Shown here in pieces: positions 57,833-64,000 of a stretch of 64,000 bases of DNA. The first letter of the stretch is position 1. Each line of letters begins with the position of its first letter. Both the position numbers and the translations under genes were made by a program. Origin of the DNA: Geminicoccaceae bacterium (lineage in GTDB: Bacteria > Pseudomonadota > Alphaproteobacteria > Geminicoccales > Geminicoccaceae); assembly GCA_041398005.1 (NCBI GenBank), contig JAWKVP010000003.1, positions 55,607 to 119,606 on the forward strand, in the 5' to 3' direction. The notes under the pieces were generated by a model. That model did not search any database and was not told the origin of the DNA. It saw only the letters and a list, made by a program, of their open reading frames with translations.

Positions 57833-59044
57833 TCAGGACGCGTCGTCGCCGGTCGGCCCGGTCCTATCGAGGAGTTCGGCGCGGGAGAGCGAAAAATCGC
57901 TCGCGATCCAGCGATTCTCGATCGCCGCGAGCAGCCGGCCGATCCCCGGCCCCTCGACCATGCCCTGCGAGAGGAGATCCCTGCCGCTCACGGGCAGCAC
58001 CGGCCGTCCGAATGCGCGAAAGACGGATGACGCCCGCTCGAGCGTCGCACGGTCGCGGCCTTCGAGCGCGACGGCAACGATCGCCATCATCGCCGCGCGT
58101 TCCGGTCCCGCCTGCCAAGCGAAGGCGCGAAGTGCTGCGGGCGTGCCGCCGAGCGGCGGCAGCGGATTGTTGCAACCGAAGACGAGATCGGCCGTCTCTG
58201 CCGAGGAAAGACGGAGCCGTGCGGCAACCGCCCGTTCGTCGATGGCCGCGCGCAGGAGCAGGACGAACCGTGACAGCCAGTCCGCATCCACGCCCAGCGT
58301 TTCGAGATGGCGCAGCGGCCCGAGATCGAAAGCCCTGCCGAAGAGCGTTTGCGAAACACCGCAATCGTTCATCGAAGCGAGCGCACCGGACGGCGCTGGA
58401 TGGGCGAGAAGTTTGCGGAACTCGGTTGCGATCCGTTCCCCGGAAAGCCGGTCGAGGCCGCTTGCGTGATCGCGTATGGCGGTGAGAACCGCCCCTTCGG
58501 CCGGCACGCGCGCGAGCGACGGCATGAACCGGAAATAGCGCAGGATGCGCAGATAGTCCTCCTCGATGCGCGTCGCCGGATCGCCGACGAATCTGAGCCT
58601 GCCGGCCGCAAGATCGTCGAGCCCGCCGAAATAGTCGAACAGCCTTCCGTCCATGTCCGCGCTCATGGCATTGACGGTAAAATCGCGCCTTGCCGCATCC
58701 GCGCGGAAATCGGTTGTGAACGCGACCTCGGCATGGCGGCCGTCGCAGGCGATGTCACGGCGAAGCGTGGTCACCTCGAAACGGGCAGCACCTTCGAGAA
58801 CGGTCACCGTTCCGTGCACCAGTCCGGTGGGCACCGCGCGTTCGACGGCGGCCATCACCCGTTCCGGTGTCAGCGTGGTGACGATGTCGAGATCGGCGGC
58901 CGCCACCGGGCGCCGAAGACATGCGTCGCGCACACAGCCGCCGACGAACCGCGCCTCGCCGCCGGCTCTCGCCAGGCTGGCGAACAGCCGCCGAGCCTCC
59001 GGCATGACAAGCCAGGGTGCTGCGTCGGCCTCCAGACGCTGCAC
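57833..59044 (-). CDS. cca: CCA-adding tRNA nucleotidyltransferase / poly(A) polymerase family protein
   Basis: GGEARFVGGCVRDACL...DLDIVT head-domain motifs. The track start is TTG 59074. GTG 59044 and ATG 59005 are alternatives. Confidence 0.85.
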   Translation of the reverse strand: MQRLEADAAPWLVMPEARRLFASLARAGGEARFVGGCVRDACLRRPVAAADLDIVTTLTPERVMAAVERAVPTGLVHGTVTVLEGAARFEVTTLRRDIACDGRHAEVAFTTDFRADAARRDFTVNAMSADMDGRLFDYFGGLDDLAAGRLRFVGDPATRIEEDYLRILRYFRFMPSLARVPAEGAVLTAIRDHASGLDRLSGERIATEFRKLLAHPAPSGALASMNDCGVSQTLFGRAFDLGPLRHLETLGVDADWLSRFVLLLRAAIDERAVAARLRLSSAETADLVFGCNNPLPPLGGTPAALRAFAWQAGPERAAMMAIVAVALEGRDRATLERASSVFRAFGRPVLPVSGRDLLSQGMVEGPGIGRLLAAIENRWIASDFSLSRAELLDRTGPTGDDAS

Positions 59045-59065
59045 GGATTCAGCCAATAAACAACC

Positions 59066-59083
59066 CCGCCGCAAGCAGCGGGG
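59066..59083. repeat. 18-bp hairpin-forming motif, copy 1 of 2
   Basis: CCGCCGCAAGCAGCGGGG. On the minus strand the stem is CCCCGC...GCGGGG, followed by TTGTTTATT. Confidence 0.85.
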
Positions 59084-59159
59084 TATTTGCTCTTGCGTTC
59101 AAGCGCCACGCAGGCTGCGCTCCCGGTCGGTCGCCAGTCGTCGCTACGCTCCTCCAGAT

Positions 59160-59177
59160 CCGCCGCAAGCAGCGGGG
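59160..59177. repeat. 18-bp hairpin-forming motif, copy 2 of 2
   Basis: An identical CCGCCGCAAGCAGCGGGG lies 94 bp from copy 1 (start to start), just downstream of the small membrane-protein gene. Confidence 0.85.
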
Positions 59178-59194
59178 AATGTACCCAAATAGAT

Positions 59195-59455
59195 TCATTG
59201 CTCTTCGACGCGACCCGGAACGATCCGCCCGTCCTCGACATGGGGCGGTACATAGACCCCGTCGGGCGAGCCGCCCTCGACCAGCGCCAGCCCGATGAGC
59301 GACACGATCGAAAGCGAGAGACCCATGACGGTGAGGACATACCAGGGCGTATCCTTGAGGAACCCCTGCCCCCGCGCCATGAGCAGCCGCCAGCCGAAAT
59401 AGGCGATGAAGGGCAGGATGAACGGAAACAGATATTGAAGCACGATCCGGCCCAT
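59195..59455 (-). CDS. Small membrane protein with two TM segments (86 aa), function unknown
   Basis: MGRIVLQYLFPFILPFIAYFGWRLL...WYVLTVMGLSLSIVSLIGLALV. It sits between the NUDIX and cca genes on the same strand. Confidence 0.6.
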   Translation of the reverse strand: MGRIVLQYLFPFILPFIAYFGWRLLMARGQGFLKDTPWYVLTVMGLSLSIVSLIGLALVEGGSPDGVYVPPHVEDGRIVPGRVEEQ

Positions 59456-59478
59456 GAGCGGCCCTCTTCCGGCTGTGG

Positions 59479-60096
59479 TCAGGACTGGCGATGCAGGATC
59501 CGGCTGAAATTGACCAGCATGCCCGCGGTGGCTCCCCAGATATAGTAGTGCCTGTAGGGAATTGCCCAGTAATGCCGGCGCACGCCACCCAGAACGAAGG
59601 AATCGCGCCGGCGATTGTGTGGATCGACGATGAACGTGAACGGCACCTCGAACAGTTCCTCGACCTCGAAGGGATCGGTCTCGAAGGACACCGGCGGTTC
59701 GATCCAGCCGACGATGGGATGGATGCGAAAGCCGGTGACCGTATCGTAGGAGCGCAATCCGCCGAGAACCTCGACCGCCGACGGATCCAGCCCGATCTCC
59801 TCGTTCGCCTCGCGCAGTGCGGCAGCGGCGGCGTTGGCATCCTCGGGCTCCATGCGCCCGCCCGGAAAACTGATCTGCCCCGCATGTGCACTCAGATGCG
59901 CGGTGCGCCTCGTGAGCAGGAGCGACGGCCCGTCCATGCGGGCGACGAGCGCGATAAGCACCGCCGCCGGCGTCAGCCGCGAGCGCTGGCGGTCACGGGA
60001 ATCGTCGCCGGCGATATGCTCCGCCGTCTCGTCGAGCGAGCTTTCCTGAACGATCTCCCGCAGGCTGCGGGCGTCGAGCCGGGCGATGTGGTTCAA
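59479..60096 (-). CDS. NUDIX hydrolase, CoA pyrophosphatase type
   Basis: Nudix box GQISFPGGRMEPEDANAAAAALREANEEIGL, preceded by the LLLTRRTAHLSAHAG motif typical of CoA pyrophosphatases. The TTG start overlaps the upstream stop (TTGA). Confidence 0.85.
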   Translation of the reverse strand: MNHIARLDARSLREIVQESSLDETAEHIAGDDSRDRQRSRLTPAAVLIALVARMDGPSLLLTRRTAHLSAHAGQISFPGGRMEPEDANAAAAALREANEEIGLDPSAVEVLGGLRSYDTVTGFRIHPIVGWIEPPVSFETDPFEVEELFEVPFTFIVDPHNRRRDSFVLGGVRRHYWAIPYRHYYIWGATAGMLVNFSRILHRQS

Positions 60097-60611
60097 GGGT
60101 CACCGAGCCTGTGAAAGATACCGCCACTGAAAATGCCGAAAACGCCGTCATGCTCAAGAGCCAGTTCGGCGAGTTCATAATAGACCGGACGGTCGACCCG
60201 CCCCAAAAGACCGTCGCGCCATTCGACATAGGGAGCGGTCCCGCCTCCGCCGGGCACCTCGCGCAGACGGAGCGGGCGATCGGTGTCGACGGATACCCAT
60301 TCGTCCAGATTGTTCCTGAGCTCGAAAAGCGGCGCACCGTCCCGCTCGCCACGGCGAAGCTCGACCCAGACGAACGGCACATCCTCGACCTCGATGCGCC
60401 CCTGCTCCACCGGCGTCACCAGCCAGTAGCCGCCATCCTCGTCGATCCGCAGGACCGTGGAGAACAGACGGACAAGTTCGATGCGCCCGATCAATCCACC
60501 CTCATGGTACCAGCAACCGCGCGAATCGATGCGGATATCGAAGCGACCGGGCTCCCGGCCGCTCGAACGCAACTCCCTCAGAATCCTGTCCGGATCGAAG
60601 CGGCGCTTCAT
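60093..60611 (-). CDS. DUF1285-family protein
   Basis: FDIRIDSRGCWYHEGGLIGRIELVRLFSTVLRIDEDGGYWLVTPVEQGRIEVEDVPF. The probable start is MKRRFD at 60611. Confidence 0.75.
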   Translation of the reverse strand: MKRRFDPDRILRELRSSGREPGRFDIRIDSRGCWYHEGGLIGRIELVRLFSTVLRIDEDGGYWLVTPVEQGRIEVEDVPFVWVELRRGERDGAPLFELRNNLDEWVSVDTDRPLRLREVPGGGGTAPYVEWRDGLLGRVDRPVYYELAELALEHDGVFGIFSGGIFHRLGDP

Positions 60612-60729
60612 CTGTTCCCCGCAATCACGAATTTTCGATTCGGCGAAGCTTGCAATCGGGTGAAATCCGATCACTCTTGCTCTATTTAGAGAGGAGAGGA
60701 CCGCTGTTCCAGCCTCATCCGCCGTTGTC

Positions 60730-61776
60730 ATGCAGACAGCGCCCGTCTCCGGTCCGGCATCGGCCCGCAGGGAGTTCGAATTGAACGATTTGACAACCGA
60801 TCAACTGGAGCGACAGCTCGACGAGTCCGTGGAAACGCTCGCGCGCGTGCGATCGGAGATCGGCAAGGTGATTTTCGGTCAGGAGGACGTGATCGAGGAA
60901 TGCCTCGTCACGCTCCTTTGCGGCGGCCATGCGTTGCTCGTGGGCGTACCCGGCCTCGCCAAGACGCGGCTCGCGGCGACCCTTGGAACGGTCCTCGGTC
61001 TCGGCGAGAAACGCATCCAGTTCACCCCCGATCTCATGCCCTTCGACATTCTCGGATCCGAGGTGGTGGACGAGTTGCCGTCGGGCGAGCGCAGTTTCCG
61101 CTTCATACGGGGACCGGTCTTCAGCCAGCTGCTGATGGCCGACGAGATCAACCGCGCCAGCCCCCGCACCCAGGCGGCGCTGCTGCAGGCGATGCAGGAG
61201 GGCAAGGTGACCGTGGCCGGCACCGATCACGCGCTGCCCGAGCCCTTCCATGTCCTCGCAACCCAGAACCCCATCGAGCAGGAGGGCACCTACCCGCTGC
61301 CCGAGGCGCAGCTCGACCGTTTTCTCCTGCAGATCAATGTCGGCTATCCGAGCGAGGAGGCCGAGCGGAGGATGATGATCGCCACCACCACCGGCGAGGA
61401 GAGCATCGCACAGAAGGTGATGGATGGTCCGCAACTGATGGCGCTGCAGGCCCTCGTGCGACGGCTGCCCATCGGCGAGCAGCTCGTTCAGGACATTCTC
61501 GACCTCGTCCGTTCGGCGCGCCCCGAAGGCGGTGCCGACGACGAGATCGCGCAACGGATTTCCTGGGGACCCGGCCCGCGCGCCAGCCAGGCGCTGATGC
61601 TCGCGGTACGCGTGCGGGCGATGCTCGACAAGCGCCTTGCCCCTTCGCGCGAGGATCTGAGAATGATGGCGCCGCCGGTCCTGCGTCACCGCATGGCGGT
61701 GACGTTCGCCGCCCGTGCGGAAGGGATCGGCGTCGATGATGTCATCGAACGGCTCGTTGCAAGGGTGCCCGGCTGA
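60730..61776 (+). CDS. MoxR-family AAA+ ATPase
   Basis: Walker A GVPGLAKT, Walker B LMADEINRASPRTQAALLQAMQE, 348 aa. Confidence 0.92.
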   Translation: MQTAPVSGPASARREFELNDLTTDQLERQLDESVETLARVRSEIGKVIFGQEDVIEECLVTLLCGGHALLVGVPGLAKTRLAATLGTVLGLGEKRIQFTPDLMPFDILGSEVVDELPSGERSFRFIRGPVFSQLLMADEINRASPRTQAALLQAMQEGKVTVAGTDHALPEPFHVLATQNPIEQEGTYPLPEAQLDRFLLQINVGYPSEEAERRMMIATTTGEESIAQKVMDGPQLMALQALVRRLPIGEQLVQDILDLVRSARPEGGADDEIAQRISWGPGPRASQALMLAVRVRAMLDKRLAPSREDLRMMAPPVLRHRMAVTFAARAEGIGVDDVIERLVARVPG

Positions 61777-61778
61777 CC

Positions 61779-62687
61779 ATGCCGGTCGAGACCCGCCCGC
61801 GTACCGACCGGGCACGCCTCGATTCGATCCGCATCGAGGCGGAGAGTCACGGTGACCGCCTGCCGGGGCTGCTGGTCGAGGCCGATCGCGTGGCCGCGAC
61901 CGTCATCCAGGGCGTTCACGGACGAAGGCGCACGGGTGCGGGCGAGGCCTTCTGGCAGTTCCGCCCCTATCAGCCGGGCGAGCCGGCCTCGCATATCGAC
62001 TGGCGGCAGTCGGCGAAATCGCGGCACCTGTTCGTTCGCCAGCAGGAATGGGAAGCGGCCGAAAGCGTCTGGTTCTGGGTCGATCAGTCCGCCTCCATGC
62101 GCTTTCGTTCCATCGCATCCGCCGGTTTCAAGCATGAGCGGGCATTGCTGCTGGCGCTTGCCCTCGCCTCCCTTCTCATTCGTGGCGGCGAACAGGTCGC
62201 TGTCCTGGGTTCGGGGCGCCGGCCCGTGACCGGACGCCATGCGCTCGAACGCTTCGCCCGCGACCTGCTGGCGGCACCACGGGAAGAGACAAGCCTGCCG
62301 CACGAGGAACGCCTGCCGCCACATGCCCGTCTCGTCCTGCTGTCGGACTGGCTTCAGCCGTTCGACGAACTCGGCCGCGATCTCGCCCGTCTCGCCGCCC
62401 GGCATGCGCGTGCGGTCCTGCTGCAGATCGTCGACCCGGCCGAGGAAGCCCTGCCGTTCGAGGGCCGCACGCTCTTTCGCGGGCTGGAAAATGACGGCGA
62501 GGCGCTGTTCGGCAATGTGCGCGACATACGCGAACGCTATCGCACCCTGTTCGAAGCCCATTGCCAGCGACTGGGCGACACCTGCCGGCGCTTCGGCTGG
62601 ATCCGCCTGCGCCATCGCACCGACCGCCCGGCGCTTGCCGGCCTGCTGCCGGTCTATGAGCTCATGACCGCCGCCGAGAGGCGCTGA
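61779..62687 (+). CDS. DUF58-family protein (vWA-like partner of MoxR)
   Basis: FWQFRPYQPGEPASHIDWRQSAKSRHLFVRQQEWE motif. It starts 3 nt after the moxR stop. Confidence 0.85.
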   Translation: MPVETRPRTDRARLDSIRIEAESHGDRLPGLLVEADRVAATVIQGVHGRRRTGAGEAFWQFRPYQPGEPASHIDWRQSAKSRHLFVRQQEWEAAESVWFWVDQSASMRFRSIASAGFKHERALLLALALASLLIRGGEQVAVLGSGRRPVTGRHALERFARDLLAAPREETSLPHEERLPPHARLVLLSDWLQPFDELGRDLARLAARHARAVLLQIVDPAEEALPFEGRTLFRGLENDGEALFGNVRDIRERYRTLFEAHCQRLGDTCRRFGWIRLRHRTDRPALAGLLPVYELMTAAERR

Positions 62688-62691
62688 GGCG

Positions 62692-64000
62692 ATGCTGACG
62701 CTCGGCCCGCTCGCGTTTGTCAATCCCTGGCTGCTGGCGGCGCTGGCCGGCCTGCCGGCGCTCTGGTGGCTCCTGCGGCTGACCCCGCCGGCACCGAAGA
62801 CCGTCGCCTTCCCGCCGCTCAGGCTGCTGCTCGAACTCGTGTCCCGCGAGGAGACCCCGGCGCGCACACCGCTCTGGCTGCTGATCCTCAGGCTCGTTCT
62901 GGCGGCGCTGGTGATCGCCGCAATGGCCCGGCCGATACTCGACCCCGCACCATCGCTCGACGGGAGCGGACCCGTGCTGATCGTCATCGACGATGGCTGG
63001 GCCTCGGCGAGGGACTGGGACCGCAGGCTCGACATGCTGGAGAGCGTTCTCGCCCAGGCCGAACGGGAAAAGCGCGAAATCATCCTCGTGCGTTCGGCGC
63101 CCGGTGACAACGGCGTCACCGCCGAGCGGCTCGACGCCCTCTCCGCAAGGGAAAGTCTCGCCGGGCTCGAACCGCGTCCCTGGCCCGTGGACCGCATGGC
63201 GGTGCTCGACCGGATCGACGAGCTCGGTCTCGACGAGGCGAGCACCTTCTGGCTGAGTGACGGCCTCGTCGCCGGCGAGGAATCCGCAGGCCCGGCGCTC
63301 AGGCTTGCCGAACGGCTGCGGCAGACGGGTCCGCTTACGGTGGTCTCGCCGACAGCCATTCACCGGCCGCTGCTCCTCACCCCGCCAGAGCCTGACAATG
63401 CCGGCTTCACCGTCACGGTCAGACGCAGCAGCATCGACGGCGACCGGCCCGTGAACCTCCGGGCGAGCGGACCGGATGGCGAGATCCTCGCCCGGCTCGA
63501 CGGCGCCTTCGCCGATGGCGAGGACGTGCTTCGCATGAACATCGACCTGCCGGGCGATCTGCTTGCGAGGATGGCACGCATGGATGTAATCGGCGGGGAT
63601 TCGGCCGGCGGCACCGTGCTGTTCGACGAACGCTGGCGGCGGCGGAGCGTGGGCGTGGCGGGAACCCCTCAAGGTGCCGCAGCACAGCCATTGCTCGCCG
63701 AGTCCTATTATGTCACGCGTGCGCTCTCGCCCTTCGCCACGGTGCGCGAGGGCAGTATCGACGCCCTTCTTGACCAGCCCATCTCGCTGCTCGTGCTCAC
63801 CGACAGCCGCCAGGTCGACGAGGCGGCACGGCAGAAGATCGTGCCATGGATGGAAGCGGGCGGCATCGTGCTGCGCTTTGCCGGGCCGAGACTGGCCGAT
63901 GGCAGCGACGATTTCCTTCCCGTACCGCTGCGTCGCGGCGACCGCAGCCTCGGCGGCGCACTCTCATGGTCGAGACCGCTGGCGCTGGCGCCCATTCCGG
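62692..64000 (+). CDS. Large membrane protein with an N-terminal double-TM (BatA-N / aerotolerance-type) domain. First 436 codons only; it runs off the window
   Basis: Absent from the supplied ORF track. My own translation reads MLTLGPLAFVNPWLLAALAGLPALWWLLRLTPPAPKTVAFPPLRLLLELV...LWLLILRLVLAALVIAAMARPIL. The frame is open to position 64000. It follows moxR and DUF58. Confidence 0.8.
   Translation, partial: MLTLGPLAFVNPWLLAALAGLPALWWLLRLTPPAPKTVAFPPLRLLLELVSREETPARTPLWLLILRLVLAALVIAAMARPILDPAPSLDGSGPVLIVIDDGWASARDWDRRLDMLESVLAQAEREKREIILVRSAPGDNGVTAERLDALSARESLAGLEPRPWPVDRMAVLDRIDELGLDEASTFWLSDGLVAGEESAGPALRLAERLRQTGPLTVVSPTAIHRPLLLTPPEPDNAGFTVTVRRSSIDGDRPVNLRASGPDGEILARLDGAFADGEDVLRMNIDLPGDLLARMARMDVIGGDSAGGTVLFDERWRRRSVGVAGTPQGAAAQPLLAESYYVTRALSPFATVREGSIDALLDQPISLLVLTDSRQVDEAARQKIVPWMEAGGIVLRFAGPRLADGSDDFLPVPLRRGDRSLGGALSWSRPLALAPIP

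Noticed and set aside
1-64000. tRNA, rRNA, tmRNA and mobile-element genes.
   Set aside because: No cloverleaf-compatible sequence with a GGTTCGA-type T-arm occurs outside coding regions. I recognised no transposase, integrase or recombinase motif, and no long terminal inverted repeats. The visual scan is not exhaustive, so tRNAscan-SE, Infernal and ISfinder searches would be the proper check.

Overview
High-GC chromosomal window (G+C judged by eye, not computed) with alphaproteobacterial, Hyphomicrobiales/Rhizobiales-like synteny. It is mostly core genome. I found no tRNA, rRNA, CRISPR array, transposase, integrase or phage gene.

Gene content, left to right:
- An AceE-like E1 enzyme, truncated at the left edge.
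- A Dpp/Opp-type peptide ABC importer.
- An AT-richer islet carrying an orphan XRE-family regulator.
- pheA, kdsB and a membrane-anchored cytochrome c.
- yejABEF.
- The giant NAD-glutamate dehydrogenase.
- A PmtA-like methyltransferase, an MsbA-like ABC exporter and a GGDEF protein.
- A co-directional gene string (25022-35560): two CoA ligases bracket a Liv-type ABC importer, with one unexplained inserted ORF, followed by ccmAB.
- A DUF6134-like gene, acyP and yeeE.
- An orphan ORF behind a striking polypyrimidine leader.
- ktrAB-like K+ uptake genes.
- An orphan binding protein, a GNAT and a globin-like protein that appears to lack its heme ligands. This module sits directly downstream of the conserved cluster rpsB-tsf-pyrH-frr-uppS-cdsA-dxr-rseP-bamA-skp-lpxD-fabZ-lpxA.
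- GST-like, cca, NUDIX and DUF1285 genes.
- A divergent moxR-DUF58-Bat-like operon, truncated at the right edge.

The supplied ORF track omits both edge-truncated genes (1-1071 minus, 62692-64000 plus). It also contains many long antisense or out-of-frame ORFs of the kind high-GC DNA typically produces.

I did not find a clear-cut new multi-gene system. The best second-look candidates are:
- (a) the binding protein-GNAT-globin-like module inserted after lpxA, with simple-sequence repeats in its control region;
- (b) the polypyrimidine, anti-SD-like leader plus orphan ORF at 37.9-39.0 kb;
- (c) phased tandem repeats abutting the start codons of the two CoA-ligase genes, and the unexplained ORF inside that operon;
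- (d) the XRE islet with a perfect 16-bp inverted repeat.

All protein identifications rest on motifs recognised by eye. Start codons are approximate where stated.
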